From assembly GCF_024502345.1 (NCBI RefSeq), contig NZ_JALDNN010000001.1: a stretch of DNA of 64,000 nt; one strand, given 5' to 3'. The notes under the pieces were generated by a model, which saw nothing but the letters and a program-made list of their open reading frames with translations, ran no database searches and was not told where the DNA came from. Positions 13,230 through 25,323 of this stretch are shown piece by piece. Within the stretch, counting starts at the first letter, position 1; the number at the start of each line of letters is the position of its first letter. The translations under genes were made by a program, and so were the position numbers. The DNA comes from Escherichia coli. GTDB lineage: Bacteria > Pseudomonadota > Gammaproteobacteria > Enterobacterales > Enterobacteriaceae.

Positions 13230-13559
13230 CTACGATTTGCGCATGCTTAACAGTGCGCCGATAAAAATACCTACCGCAGCTGCTGTACCCACGCTACACC
13301 AGGGTCTTTCACGAACAAAAGAATCCGCGCAGCCAACGGCATCGCGTGCGGCTTGCTGGACGCGAGTACGACCATGCATTCGCGCCCTGGTTTCTTTCAG
13401 CAATGCCTGAGCTTTACTGCGTGCGGCTTCAGCTTCCCCTTTGGCGTCGCTGCCCCAGGACTTCAATACAGATTCGAGGCTGTCAGCTAATTGATTGACA
13501 TCATTCTGGATATCCTGCACGCCATCATCAACGTCGTTGCGGTTCGGTCGGTTAAACAT
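13230..13559 (-). CDS. ygaM: ElaB/YqjD-family membrane-anchored stress protein
   Basis: Track ORF 113 aa; start at MFNRPNRNDV gives 109 aa; C-terminal transmembrane helix. Confidence 0.85.
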   Translation of the reverse strand: MFNRPNRNDVDDGVQDIQNDVNQLADSLESVLKSWGSDAKGEAEAARSKAQALLKETRARMHGRTRVQQAARDAVGCADSFVRERPWCSVGTAAAVGIFIGALLSMRKS

Positions 13560-13710
13560 ATGATCCCCCATTAGAATTCGATGTAATTTTCAGTGTAGAC
13601 CATAATTTTCTTAACTGAGGTTCATCGCGGCTTTATGGACTTTTCTGAAAGCGTTGTGAATGCGCAATCAGGTAAGGTAGGCCCGCGGTTGATAATAACG
13701 AGGATCAAAT

Positions 13711-14055
13711 ATGTATTTACGACCAGACGAGGTGGCGCGCGTACTTGAAAAAGTCGGTTTTACTGTCGATGTGGTAACCCAGAAAGCGTATGGTTACCGC
13801 CGTGGGGAAAATTATGTCTATGTTAATCGCGAAGCGCGAATGGGACGTACCGCTCTGGTAATTCATCCAACATTAAAAGAACGCAGTTCGACACTGGCTG
13901 AACCCGCTTCCGATATTAAAACTTGCGATCATTACCAGCAATTTCCGCTCTATTTAGCAGGCGAGCGACACGAGCATTACGGTATCCCGCATGGCTTTAG
14001 TTCGCGTGTTGCGCTTGAACGTTATTTGAATGGTTTATTTGGCGAAGCCAGTTAA
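13711..14055 (+). CDS. ygaC: DUF2002 family protein
   Basis: 114 aa [24 protein letters not shown]... Confidence 0.9.
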
Positions 14056-14091
14056 AGACGCGACTGGCGATGCCAGTCGCGAAAAGAAGAG

Positions 14092-14541
14092 TCAGGCTTT
14101 TACCTGCTGGTAACGGCTGACTTTAAACAGTCGGCGGCAATAATCGAGGAAGTAGCCATAAACCGCCCCCATCAACATCGAAACAACGATGTTTGAACTG
14201 ACCGCCGCCATAATCTGATGCCAGTCTGCGCCCACCACTAACAAGATCGCCACATACACCGGTGACTGGAACGTCACATAAGCCAGGATATCCGCCAGAT
14301 TTTTTATCCAGCCCGACGGGCTAACTTTGCGTGCCGCGCGCATAAACAGATCACGGTACATACCGTATGGCCATGCAATTAAGATGTTCACCGGAATCGC
14401 TACCAATCTGGAATAAAAAGACTGTTCGAAGCTCATTCCGGAGAGGAAAACTTCAATACACATGTTCACGACAGAACAGTAAACAACCATCGCGAACGTA
14501 TCTGCAACTGCATGACGCAAGCGTGACTGCGGTGAGAACAT
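14092..14541 (-). CDS. alaE: L-alanine exporter
   Basis: 149 aa membrane [24 protein letters not shown]... Confidence 0.92.
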   Translation of the reverse strand: MFSPQSRLRHAVADTFAMVVYCSVVNMCIEVFLSGMSFEQSFYSRLVAIPVNILIAWPYGMYRDLFMRAARKVSPSGWIKNLADILAYVTFQSPVYVAILLVVGADWHQIMAAVSSNIVVSMLMGAVYGYFLDYCRRLFKVSRYQQVKA

Positions 14542-15208
14542 GCTAATGCTCCTTAATAAAAGCGTAATGGGATGTTAATGGAGATGAAAACAGTGGATCT
14601 CATTGCCATCTGCATTTTCGCATAGCGTATATCGCTGGCTATGACTAATCAATTAGTGAAAAATTTTTATTTAGTCAGTTTTTGTAGATAAAATATTCCG
14701 TAACGGCTCGTTTTTTGTACATTGTGGATTTTTACATGCCGATATGATTTATTTTCAATTAAATCAATTAGATATGACCTTTCCTTTAATTTCACTAATG
14801 AAAGTTTGGGGGTGAGGTAACGCTATAAGCGTAGAGAATTCGGTGTATGTCGTGACCGTGTCATTTACAGTATTTTTTATGCCAGAAAATGTACATTAAC
14901 AGCAGAAAGCACCAGTGAGGGGTGTTTTCTTTTATTCTGTTATATTGCATTTTTATTCACTTCGGTTTTGTCAGGCTTGCGGAATTAGCGAGCAGAGAGC
15001 GCCGTTCTGTTCACCAATAATCTAAATTACTCATCAAAATGGCTAATATATAATCTTGAAATTATTCTGAGAGTTTCAGAAAATAACAGCTGAAATAATC
15101 TCGCGCAGGACTGTAAATAGATTAAATTTTGTGGAAATATAATAAGTGATCGCTTACACTACGCGACGAAATACTTTTTTGTTTTGGCGTTAAAAGGTTT
15201 TCTTTATT

Positions 15209-15613
15209 ATGTCCGTAATGTTACAAAGTTTAAATAACATTCGCACTCTCCGTGCGATGGCTCGCGAATTCTCCATTGACGTTCTTGAAGAAATGCTCGA
15301 AAAATTCAGGGTTGTCACTAAAGAAAGACGTGAAGAAGAAGAACAGCAGCAGCGTGAACTGGCTGAGCGTCAGGAAAAAATTAGCACTTGGCTGGAGCTG
15401 ATGAAGGCTGACGGAATTAACCCGGAAGAGTTATTAGGTAATAGCTCTGCTGCTGCACCACGCGCTGGTAAAAAACGCCAGCCGCGTCCGGCGAAATATA
15501 AATTCACCGATGTTAACGGTGAAACTAAAACCTGGACCGGTCAGGGCCGTACACCGAAGCCAATTGCTCAGGCGCTGGCAGAAGGTAAATCTCTCGACGA
15601 TTTCCTGATCTAA
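15209..15613 (+). CDS. stpA: H-NS paralog, DNA-binding protein StpA
   Basis: 134 aa [36 protein letters not shown]..., recognised as StpA; preceded by a ~670-bp AT-rich leader. Confidence 0.96.
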   Translation: MSVMLQSLNNIRTLRAMAREFSIDVLEEMLEKFRVVTKERREEEEQQQRELAERQEKISTWLELMKADGINPEELLGNSSAAAPRAGKKRQPRPAKYKFTDVNGETKTWTGQGRTPKPIAQALAEGKSLDDFLI

Positions 15614-15659
15614 TTACGGAGGCCGGATGTCGCTGCTAGGGCGCGTCCGGCGTCGCTTC

Positions 15660-16184
15660 TCAAGCTCGTTGGTTCCACGGCATCTTATCTAACAACCTTG
15701 CCATTCCACAAAAACCGCTGATTCCTGCAAACAGTAACCCGGCACCAACAAAGCCACTTAATAAGAAGAAACCGCTATTTACGGTATAACCCAGTACAAC
15801 GCCGATTAATATTAAACCACCCGCAGCGATCTGCACCTGGCGCATTAACGGCAAGGGTTGAGATTTATTTACCGCTACTGGCAATCCAGCTCTTTTCCAG
15901 CCATCAATCCCATCTTCGAGTAAAAATATTTCTGCGGGGGCGGCAATCGCTGCTAATTTATCGGCGTTATTACTGGTGCGTTTACCTGCCTGGCAGTGGA
16001 ATATAATTTGCTCGCGACGTAATTTAGGTGGAAGACCTGACTGTTCCAGCACGGATAATGGAGCCAGATCTGCTTCAGGAATATGTTCACGAAGATATTC
16101 ATCAGCGTCACGAATATCGATTAACTTTGCGCCGCGTGCGATTAATTCTTGTGCATCATGCGGCGAAATGGTTGTCAAAGCCAT
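15660..16184 (-). CDS. ygaP: Rhodanese-domain inner membrane protein
   Basis: 174 aa; rhodanese active-site Cys region plus C-terminal transmembrane segments. Confidence 0.9.
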   Translation of the reverse strand: MALTTISPHDAQELIARGAKLIDIRDADEYLREHIPEADLAPLSVLEQSGLPPKLRREQIIFHCQAGKRTSNNADKLAAIAAPAEIFLLEDGIDGWKRAGLPVAVNKSQPLPLMRQVQIAAGGLILIGVVLGYTVNSGFFLLSGFVGAGLLFAGISGFCGMARLLDKMPWNQRA

Positions 16185-16193
16185 AGTGACTCC

Positions 16194-16493
16194 TTACGGA
16201 CAATAGACATTTTTCAGGGTGGCGATAATGGCATTTACCGCCTCATTTTTAATGGAATATAGAATGCGTTGGGCATCCCGTTGGCTGTCGATAAGCCCTT
16301 CGTCCCGCATACGAGCGAGATGCTGTGATGTCGCAGAGGCACTCAGTCCGGTAATGCGCGTCAGCTCTCCCGCCCTAGTGCCGGGGGAACCGCTAAGCAT
16401 GCACAGAATCAGCAATCGTTTAGGATGGCTCATTGCTTTCAATAAGGCCACTGCCTGTTCGGCACTGGCCTGTAATTGCGCGAGTTCAGTCAT
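16194..16493 (-). CDS. ygaV: ArsR-family transcriptional repressor
   Basis: 99 aa ORF with ArsR-type HTH; upstream of ygaP. Confidence 0.9.
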   Translation of the reverse strand: MTELAQLQASAEQAVALLKAMSHPKRLLILCMLSGSPGTRAGELTRITGLSASATSQHLARMRDEGLIDSQRDAQRILYSIKNEAVNAIIATLKNVYCP

Positions 16494-16675
16494 ATTTATT
16501 TAAGTATTTTCTAAATTAAGTAAACTCTAAACTAAAAATGCAACATATACCAGCCTCAGCAGCGTAAATGAGAGTAAAAGCGTAAGCTGAAACTGGCAGG
16601 CTCCGCTAAAATTACTACGCTTAAGAGATAAAATCTCTTTTTAAACAATGAGTAATTTTCTTATAGGGAGTACAT

Positions 16676-16834
16676 ATGGGTTTCTGGAGAATCGTCATCA
16701 CCATCATTCTGCCGCCGCTCGGCGTGCTGCTCGGTAAAGGGTTCGGTTGGGCGTTCATTATTAATATTCTGCTGACACTGCTTGGGTATATCCCCGGTTT
16801 GATTCACGCGTTCTGGGTGCAAACCCGCGATTAA
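16676..16834 (+). CDS. yqaE: Small membrane protein, Pmp3/YqaE family (52 aa)
   Basis: ATG at 16676 after GGGAG RBS; translates MGFWRIVITIILPPLGVLLGKGFGWAFIINILLTLLGYIPGLIHAFWVQTRD. Below the ORF-track size cutoff. Confidence 0.85.
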   Translation: MGFWRIVITIILPPLGVLLGKGFGWAFIINILLTLLGYIPGLIHAFWVQTRD

Positions 16835-16917
16835 ACCTGTGCTCACCCCCGCGGCGTTAACGCGCCGCGTTCCTCTGCTACACTTTCTGAGTGTTTCCGT
16901 TAACGAATGAGGTAGCT

Positions 16918-17367
16918 ATGGGTCTGTTCAATTTTGTGAAAGATGCCGGAGAAAAACTCTGGGACGCGGTTACAGGTCAGCACGATAAAGACGATCAGGC
17001 GAAGAAGGTGCAGGAGCATCTGAGCAAAACCGGTATACCTGATGCCGATAAAGTGAACATTCAAATTGCCGACGGCAAAGCGACGGTCACTGGTGACGGC
17101 CTGAGTCAGGAGGCGAAGGAGAAAATCCTTGTTGCGGTGGGGAATATTTCCGGTATTGCCAGTGTTGATGATCAGGTGAAAACGGCGACACCAGCCACTG
17201 CCAGCCAGTTTTATACCGTTAAGTCTGGCGACACTCTGAGTGCCATTTCCAAACAGGTCTACGGTAACGCTAATCTGTACAATAAAATCTTCGAAGCGAA
17301 TAAACCGATGCTAAAAAGCCCGGATAAAATTTATCCGGGGCAAGTGTTGCGTATTCCGGAAGAGTAG
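16918..17367 (+). CDS. kbp: BON/LysM-domain potassium-binding protein Kbp (YgaU)
   Basis: Track ORF 16891-17367; start at [15 protein letters not shown] gives 149 aa; C-terminal LysM-like [18 protein letters not shown]. Confidence 0.9.
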   Translation: MGLFNFVKDAGEKLWDAVTGQHDKDDQAKKVQEHLSKTGIPDADKVNIQIADGKATVTGDGLSQEAKEKILVAVGNISGIASVDDQVKTATPATASQFYTVKSGDTLSAISKQVYGNANLYNKIFEANKPMLKSPDKIYPGQVLRIPEE

Positions 17368-18030
17368 TTAATTGCCAGCCATCGCCTGCTGGATAATGGG
17401 AATTGGCGTCAGTAAATGCTGGCGCATTAACTCACTGGCGCGCGCGGTATCTCGCGCCAGTACCGCCGCAGTCAGGGTCTGGTGCTGATCGTGTTTATCC
17501 TCCAGCATTTCCACCGAAAGCACCGTTCGCCGCAGCCAGATAAATCGATAGCGCGCCGCCAGATCAAACAACCGTTCACGCATTTGCAGCAAATAGTGAG
17601 AACCACAGCCCGCCACAATTGCTGTATGAAACGCCTGATGACGCAGATCCCACTCATCAAGCATTTTCTCGCTGGCGTCACAGGCTTCCAGCTTACTGAG
17701 CAGATGCGCTTTTGCGAGAACGTCTGCCTCCCATTCATCGCCACCGCGGGCAATCGCCAGACTGACCAGCATCGCTTCCATATTGGCGCGGGCGTCGAAA
17801 ATATCGAGCAGCTCCTGCTCTGACATAGACGCCACCCGATACCCTTTTTGATTCACCACCGTGACCAGCCGTTCCGCCACCAGTTGAGAAAGTGCTTCCC
17901 GCAACGGCCCAACGCCAAGTGCATAACGCGATGTCAGCAAACTCATCCGTAATTTTTCATCCGGTTGAAAATTACCGCGAATAATATCGTTCTTCAGCCA
18001 GCGATAGCCATCCAGAGACGTAATGGTCAT
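17368..18030 (-). CDS. csiR: GntR-family regulator CsiR (GabC)
   Basis: Track ORF 226 aa; start at MTITSLDGYRWL gives 220 aa. Confidence 0.9.
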   Translation of the reverse strand: MTITSLDGYRWLKNDIIRGNFQPDEKLRMSLLTSRYALGVGPLREALSQLVAERLVTVVNQKGYRVASMSEQELLDIFDARANMEAMLVSLAIARGGDEWEADVLAKAHLLSKLEACDASEKMLDEWDLRHQAFHTAIVAGCGSHYLLQMRERLFDLAARYRFIWLRRTVLSVEMLEDKHDQHQTLTAAVLARDTARASELMRQHLLTPIPIIQQAMAGN

Positions 18031-18050
18031 GGTGTGACTCCTGATCATTA

Positions 18051-19451
18051 TCAGCGCGTATTATGAACGGGTGTTTTTTGCCACAATACCAGCTTTTTCC
18101 AGCGAGCCATAATTGGCACGGTACAGATAATCCCTATCGCTAATAAGCCGGTGGAGATCACTTCTAACTGTTGCGCCGGACGGAATAGCATCACTACCAA
18201 CACAAAGGTAATAAAGCCGATGACCAGCCAGGTGAGCCAAGGATAAAGCCACATTCGCAAGCGAATTTCGCTTCCTTCTGCTCGCAGAATTTTGCGCATC
18301 CGCAACTGTGAAACGGCGATGACTAAATAAACCAGCAGGGCGATAGCGCCGGAGCTGTCGATCAGAAATTTAAATACCTTCGCAGGCGCGTAATAGTTCA
18401 CCACCACCGTTAAGAATGCCGCGCCGGTGGAGAGTAACACCGCCACGTACGGGGTTTTACTGCGGTTGATTTTACCCATTACCGCAGGCGCATCTCCGCG
18501 ACGGCTTAAGGAGTAGAGCATCCTGGAAGCGGTATACAGAGCCGAGTTCAGGCAACTGGTTACGGAAAGTAATATCACGCAGTCCATGATCAATTTCGCA
18601 TGGGGAATATTGAGCAATTCCAGTACCGAGCGATAAGAACCGACGGCTTTTAGTCCGGGCATATTCCACGGAATTAATGCCACGACGACAAAAATAGAAC
18701 ATAAATAGAAGATAGAAATACGCCAGATAACCGAGTTGGTGGCGCGGACAATATGTTTTTCCGGCGTGTCGGATTCCGCGGCGGCAATGGTGACAATTTC
18801 TGCGCCCATAAACGAGAACATGGTGATCAACATCGCGCTTAATACCGCACCGAAGCCGTTGGGCATAAAGCCGCCGCTATCCCACAATCTTGAGATCCCG
18901 CTCACGTCGGCATACGGGTAAAAACCGCTAATTGCGACTGCACCAAGGAAAATAAAGGCCAGGATAGCGATGACTTTGCACAGCGCCAGCCAGAACTCAA
19001 ATTCGCCGTAGTTTTTAACGCTTAATAAATTACTGCCAGTTAAGGCAAGGGTAATGACGAGGGAAAATAACCAGATGGGAATGCCTGGAACCCACGAGTG
19101 CAGGATCATGGCGGCGATGTTGGCTTCCAGCGGGATAACCAGTACCCAAAACCACCAGTACAACCAGCCGATGGTATAACCCGCCCAACGACCAATAGCT
19201 TTATCGGCATAGGTGGAAAACGAACCGGTATCGGGCGTGGCAACCGCCATTTCCGCCAACATCCGCATAATCATAACCACCAGTAGCCCGGCGAACAGAT
19301 AGGCCAGTAATACCGCCGGGCCCGCTTCGGCGATGGCGACGCTGGAACCGACAAACAGACTTGCGCCGATAACACCGGCAATAGACAACATGGTGACGTG
19401 GCGTGATTTCAGCCCGCCGCCTAACTCATGTGGTTGCGATGATTGCCCCAT
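18051..19451 (-). CDS. gabP: GABA permease (APC family)
   Basis: Track ORF 487 aa; internal start MGQSSQPHELGGGLKSRHVTMLSIAG gives 466 aa. Confidence 0.93.
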   Translation of the reverse strand: MGQSSQPHELGGGLKSRHVTMLSIAGVIGASLFVGSSVAIAEAGPAVLLAYLFAGLLVVMIMRMLAEMAVATPDTGSFSTYADKAIGRWAGYTIGWLYWWFWVLVIPLEANIAAMILHSWVPGIPIWLFSLVITLALTGSNLLSVKNYGEFEFWLALCKVIAILAFIFLGAVAISGFYPYADVSGISRLWDSGGFMPNGFGAVLSAMLITMFSFMGAEIVTIAAAESDTPEKHIVRATNSVIWRISIFYLCSIFVVVALIPWNMPGLKAVGSYRSVLELLNIPHAKLIMDCVILLSVTSCLNSALYTASRMLYSLSRRGDAPAVMGKINRSKTPYVAVLLSTGAAFLTVVVNYYAPAKVFKFLIDSSGAIALLVYLVIAVSQLRMRKILRAEGSEIRLRMWLYPWLTWLVIGFITFVLVVMLFRPAQQLEVISTGLLAIGIICTVPIMARWKKLVLWQKTPVHNTR

Positions 19452-19540
19452 CCTGAATCCTCTCGAAAGTGTGTCACTTGGGAGAGCGCCCCGACATTTC
19501 CCGCGTCGGGTCACGCGTTTAATTGTTATTGATTCTTTTT

Positions 19541-19950
19541 GCCGGAGAGCGGCTCCGCCTTATCCGGCCGACATAGATTTATTCCTGTTCACGTACAGAT
19601 TGTCGGATGCGGCGTAAACGCCTTATCCGACCTGGATCCCCGTAGGCCGGACAAGACGCGCAGCGTCGCCTCCGGCATGGGTGCGCCGATTGTCGGATGC
19701 GGCGCAAACGCCTTATCCGACCTACATTTCCGTAGGCCGGACAAGACGCGTAAGCGTCGCCTCCGGCATGGTGCGCCGAATGTCGGATGCGGCGTTAACG
19801 CCTTATCCAACCTACACTCTCGTAGGCCGGACAAGACGCGCAGCGTCGCCTCCGGCATGGTGCGCCGATTGTCGGATGCGGCGTTAACGCCTTATCCGAC
19901 CTACACTCTCGTAGGCCGGACAAGACGCGCAGCGTCGCCTCCGGCATGGG
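19541..19950. repeat. REP/BIME array, ~4.5 tandem units of ~90 bp
   Basis: Units TGTCGGATGCGGCG.AAACGCCTTATCCGACCT...CGTAGGCCGGACAAGACGCG.AGCGTCGCCTCCGGCATGG recur at 19601, 19691, 19781, 19870; palindromic REP consensus; gabP-gabT intergenic. Confidence 0.85.
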
Positions 19951-19957
19951 GGCGGTG

Positions 19958-21238
19958 CTACTGCTTCGCCTCAGCAAAACACTGGCCGATGATCTCCAGA
20001 CCCTGACGGATCTGAGCGTCTTCAATGGTGAGCGGTACAAGGATGCGCAGCACGTTGTAATACGGGCCGCAGGAGAGAAGAATCAGGCCCTTATCGCGGG
20101 CGCGCGCCACGATCTCGGCGGTGAGTTTTGCGTCCGGTTTGCTGTGATCGCCATCTTCAAACAGCTCGATGGCGATCATCGCCCCCAGACCGCGTACGTC
20201 GCCGATCTCCGTGTGTTTTTCGGCGATCGCCAGCAATCCGTCTTTCAGCTTCTGCCCCAGATCGTTGGCTTTCTGCAGCAGATTTTCCTGCTCGAACACC
20301 TTCAACACTTCCAGCGCCGCCACGCAGGCAATCGGATTACCGGCATAGGTGCCGCCCAGCCCGCCTGGAGCGACGGCATCCATCACTTCCGCGCGCCCGG
20401 TGACGCCCGCCAGCGGGAAACCGCCTGCGATCGATTTCGCAAACGTGGTGAGATCCGGCGCCACGCCCATTTGCTCCATCGCAAACAGCGTGCCGGTACG
20501 CCCTGCGCCGCTCTGCACTTCATCGGCAATCAGCATGATCCCGTGCTCGTCACACAGCGTGCGTAAACGCTGCATAAAAGCAGGCGTCGCGGCGTAGAAA
20601 CCGCCTTCGCCCTGAACCGGCTCAATCACGATGGCGGCGATATCTTCCGGCGCAGCGTCATTTTTAAAAATTCGGTGAATGCTAGCGATAGCGTCATCTT
20701 CACTGATGCCGTGCAGCGGGCAAGGATAAAGCGCGCGATAAACGTGCCCAGGCATCAGCCCCATGCCCGCAGAGTACGGATTCACCTTGCCGGTCAGCGC
20801 CAGCGTGTAATGCGTGCGCCCGTGGTACGCGCCGCTAAAGGCGATAGTTCCGCTACGTTTGGTGGCGGCGCGGGCGATTTTCACCGCGTTTTCCACCGCT
20901 TCGGAACCGGTCGTAACCAGCAGCGTTTTCTTGGCGAAATCGCCTGGCACCTTCTGATTCATAATCTCGCACAGCTCCAGATACGGCTCGTAGGCCAGCA
21001 CCTGGAAGCAGGTGTGCGACAGTTTTTTCAACTGCGCTTCCACTGCCGCAACCACTTTCGGATGCAGGTGCCCGGTATTGAGCACCGCAATGCCGCCCGC
21101 GAAATCAAGATACTCACGGCCTTCAACGTCCCACACCCGGCAGTTTTCCGCGCGATCAGCGAAAATGGGGTGAATTTGCCCAACGCCACGAGGAATTGCC
21201 TGACTGCGGCGCTGCATTAACTCTTTATTGCTGCTCAT
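19958..21238 (-). CDS. gabT: 4-aminobutyrate aminotransferase
   Basis: 426 aa ORF MSSNKELMQRRSQAIPRGVGQIHPIFADRAEN... Confidence 0.96.
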   Translation of the reverse strand: MSSNKELMQRRSQAIPRGVGQIHPIFADRAENCRVWDVEGREYLDFAGGIAVLNTGHLHPKVVAAVEAQLKKLSHTCFQVLAYEPYLELCEIMNQKVPGDFAKKTLLVTTGSEAVENAVKIARAATKRSGTIAFSGAYHGRTHYTLALTGKVNPYSAGMGLMPGHVYRALYPCPLHGISEDDAIASIHRIFKNDAAPEDIAAIVIEPVQGEGGFYAATPAFMQRLRTLCDEHGIMLIADEVQSGAGRTGTLFAMEQMGVAPDLTTFAKSIAGGFPLAGVTGRAEVMDAVAPGGLGGTYAGNPIACVAALEVLKVFEQENLLQKANDLGQKLKDGLLAIAEKHTEIGDVRGLGAMIAIELFEDGDHSKPDAKLTAEIVARARDKGLILLSCGPYYNVLRILVPLTIEDAQIRQGLEIIGQCFAEAKQ

Positions 21239-21251
21239 TCGCGTTCTCCAG

Positions 21252-22700
21252 TTAAAGACCGATGCACATATATTTGATTTCTAAGTAATCTTCGATGCCA
21301 TACTTCGAACCTTCACGACCCAGACCCGAGGCTTTAATGCCGCCGAACGGGGCCACTTCATTGGAAATAATCCCGGTATTGATGCCGACGATGCCGTACT
21401 CCAGCGCCTCGCCCACGCGGAAGACGCGACTTAAATCACGGGCATAGAAATAGGCGGCAAGGCCAAACTCGGTGTCATTGGCTTGCGCGATCACATCGGC
21501 TTCATCTTTAAAACGGAACAGCGGGGCGAGGGGGCCGAAGGTCTCTTCTTTCGACACTTTGGCGTTGGCCGGCACGTCCACCAGAATGGTGGGCTGGAAG
21601 AAGTTACCGCCGCGTTCGTGTGCTTTACCACCGCAAACCACGCGTGCGCCTTTCTCCAGCGCATCGGCAATATGCTCTTCTACTTTTGCTACTGCTTTTT
21701 CATCAATCAGCGGCCCGATAGTGACGCCTTTCTCCAGCCCGTCACCGATGTGCAGTTTGCTCACCGCCTGCTGCAATTTTTCGGCAAAGCGGTCATACAC
21801 GCCGTCCTGCACGTATAAACGGTTGGCGCAGACGCAGGTTTGCCCGGCGTTGCGGAATTTCGAGGCCAGTGCGCCTTCCACGGCTTTATCGAGATCGGCA
21901 TCGTCAAAGACGATAAACGGCGCGTTGCCGCCCAGCTCCAGCGACACTTTTTTGATGTCTTTCGCGCACTGTTCCATTAACTGGCGGCCAATTCCGGTCG
22001 AACCGGTAAACGACAGCTTGCGCACCAGCGGATTGCTGGTCAGTTCGTTACCCACCGCGCCCGCCGAACCGGTGACCACGTTAAATACACCAGCCGGAAT
22101 GCCCGCGCGGATCGCCAGTTCTGCCAGCGCCAGCGCAGAGAACGGCGTCTGACTGGCGGGCTTCAGCACCATCGTGCAGCCTGCCGCCAGCGCCGGACCG
22201 GCTTTGCGGGTAATCATCGCCGCCGGGAAGTTCCACGGCGTGATAGCCGCGGTGACGCCAATCGGCTGCTTGATAACAATCAGGCGTTTATCGGCCTGAT
22301 GACCGGGAATGGTGTCGCCATAAATACGTTTGCCTTCTTCGGCAAACCACTCAATAAAGGAGGCGGCGTAGCTGATTTCGCCTTTCGCTTCTGCCAGTGG
22401 TTTGCCCTGTTCGAGGGTCATCAGGCGCGCTAAATCGTCCTGATGCTCCATCATCAAATTGAACCAGTTGCGCAGAATGTTGGCGCGTTCTTTGGCGGTG
22501 AGCGCACGCCAGGCGGGCAGGGCGCGGTTGGCGGCGTCGATAGCAGCGCGGGTTTCATCAGCGCCCATTTTGGGTACGCTACCCAGCTTGTCGCCGTTCG
22601 CCGGATTGGTGACGTCGATGACCTCGCCATTGTTGGCGTCCAGCCATTCCCCGTTAATCAACGCCTGCTGGCGGAATAAGTTACTGTCGTTAAGTTTCAT
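21252..22700 (-). CDS. gabD: Succinate-semialdehyde dehydrogenase (NADP+)
   Basis: 482 aa aldehyde dehydrogenase family ORF. Confidence 0.96.
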   Translation of the reverse strand: MKLNDSNLFRQQALINGEWLDANNGEVIDVTNPANGDKLGSVPKMGADETRAAIDAANRALPAWRALTAKERANILRNWFNLMMEHQDDLARLMTLEQGKPLAEAKGEISYAASFIEWFAEEGKRIYGDTIPGHQADKRLIVIKQPIGVTAAITPWNFPAAMITRKAGPALAAGCTMVLKPASQTPFSALALAELAIRAGIPAGVFNVVTGSAGAVGNELTSNPLVRKLSFTGSTGIGRQLMEQCAKDIKKVSLELGGNAPFIVFDDADLDKAVEGALASKFRNAGQTCVCANRLYVQDGVYDRFAEKLQQAVSKLHIGDGLEKGVTIGPLIDEKAVAKVEEHIADALEKGARVVCGGKAHERGGNFFQPTILVDVPANAKVSKEETFGPLAPLFRFKDEADVIAQANDTEFGLAAYFYARDLSRVFRVGEALEYGIVGINTGIISNEVAPFGGIKASGLGREGSKYGIEDYLEIKYMCIGL

Positions 22701-22722
22701 CGCTACATCCTGTTTTCAAAGG

Positions 22723-23991
22723 TTATTGATTAAATGCGGCGTGTAAGGCATCCACACTACGTGCCGCTCGCAGCGTGCGTCCGGGGTTACTCTGGCTTGC
22801 CAACAGCGTTTGTACCTTGCTGACAATATGCGCACCAATAGGAATTGCTGATGTCGCTGCCGGGGAGGGCGCATTGCAGGTGTGGATCGTGCGCGGGGTG
22901 GTGACAAACAGAAAATCGTCAATCAGCTTGCCGTCCGGCGATACCGCCTGCGCCCGCACACCGGCGGGCCAGGGCTGGAGATCGCTTAACGAAAGCCGGG
23001 GACAATACTTTTGCACCAGCCGCAGATAGCCGCTTTTGCACAGCGAGTTTTTCATCTCGCCCAGTCCTGAGCGTAGATGGTTTTGCAGCACCCGGCGAAT
23101 CCCCGACGAGCCCAAAATCTCCAGCGTGTCGCTAAATGAGAAGTCGCGCTTGCGATAGCCTTCGCGTTTGAACGCCAGCACTGCGTTTGGCCCAACGGTG
23201 ACGCTACCGTCGATCATGCGGGTGAGATGAACGCCTAAAAACGGCATTGCCGGGTCGGGGATGGGGTAAATCAGGTGGTTAACAATCTGGTTATGCTCCG
23301 GCGCCAGGCGGAAATACTCGCCACGGAACGGGCAGATAATAAAGCCCGGTTCGAGGCCGAGCATTTTCACCAGCCGGTCAGCCATCAGCCCGGAACAGCT
23401 AATCAGCGTTGACGCTTCGTATTCGCCACCCTGATGGGTACGTATCACCACGCCGTTTTTATGCTCACTAAGGCCGCTGACTTCGGCGTTATAGATAATC
23501 TCGCCGCCTCTGGCCTGGAAGATTTTTGCCATCGCCGCCGTGACTTCGCGGTAGCTGACAATGCCGCTGGACGGCACAAAAATACCGCCAAGCCCGGTGA
23601 TATTCGGTTCGCGCTCGCGCAGTTCATCGGCGTTTAACCACTCGCGCTCGATACCGTTCGCGGCCGTGCGTTCCCATAAGGCGCGCATCCGTTCCATTTC
23701 GAGTTCAGACGTGGCGACCAGCATCTTGCCGCAGTTGTCGTAGCGAATGCCGTTTTGATCGCAAAAGGCTTTGGTGGCGCGGTTTCCCGCCAGGCAAAAC
23801 TGCGCCTTCAGACTGCCGGGCGTGTAATAAACCCCGGCATGGATCACGCCGCTGTTGTGGCCCGTCTGGTGACAGGCCGGGCCGGACTCTTTTTCCAGCA
23901 ACGCAATGCGGGCATCCGGGTAGACATCAATCAGTTGCATGGCGGTCGACATGCCGATGATGCCACCGCCAATAATCACAAAATCATACAT
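22723..23991 (-). CDS. lhgO: L-2-hydroxyglutarate dehydrogenase/oxidase (YgaF)
   Basis: 422 aa FAD-binding ORF; N-terminal MYDFVIIGGGIIGMSTA Rossmann motif. Confidence 0.93.
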   Translation of the reverse strand: MYDFVIIGGGIIGMSTAMQLIDVYPDARIALLEKESGPACHQTGHNSGVIHAGVYYTPGSLKAQFCLAGNRATKAFCDQNGIRYDNCGKMLVATSELEMERMRALWERTAANGIEREWLNADELREREPNITGLGGIFVPSSGIVSYREVTAAMAKIFQARGGEIIYNAEVSGLSEHKNGVVIRTHQGGEYEASTLISCSGLMADRLVKMLGLEPGFIICPFRGEYFRLAPEHNQIVNHLIYPIPDPAMPFLGVHLTRMIDGSVTVGPNAVLAFKREGYRKRDFSFSDTLEILGSSGIRRVLQNHLRSGLGEMKNSLCKSGYLRLVQKYCPRLSLSDLQPWPAGVRAQAVSPDGKLIDDFLFVTTPRTIHTCNAPSPAATSAIPIGAHIVSKVQTLLASQSNPGRTLRAARSVDALHAAFNQ

Positions 23992-24009
23992 CCGCTCAAT
24001 TCCTTTGCG

Positions 24010-25101
<1,092 letters not shown>

Positions 25102-25323
25102 CTATTGTGATCAAAAACAACAAATTAGTAACATTTAACGTAGGGTATTAAGGCAAAGTGAGACAGGAAATGAATAACTAAAGCAACAGGTTAGGGGGGA
25201 ATTACCATCAGAGAACAGATTATCTGGTCGATAAAAAACGGTAAATGGCTTCACTGCAAAATGACCGTCAGTAAACTAAACATATTATCTGCCCCGTTTT
25301 AGCGGGGCAGATATAACATTAAA

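Noticed and set aside
14542-15208. Long AT-rich stpA upstream region, examined for hidden small genes or RNAs
   Set aside because: No ORF with a credible start or RBS and no structured-RNA hallmark visible by eye; consistent with an extended H-NS/StpA-regulated promoter region.
16661-16846. 61-aa ORF on the - strand
   Set aside because: Antisense to the well-supported 52-aa yqaE gene on the + strand.
19539-20040. ORFs of 68-155 aa on both strands over the repeat array; also considered as a possible CRISPR array
   Set aside because: They lie on the REP/BIME array; the repeats are palindromic REP units with no unique spacers and no cas genes nearby.
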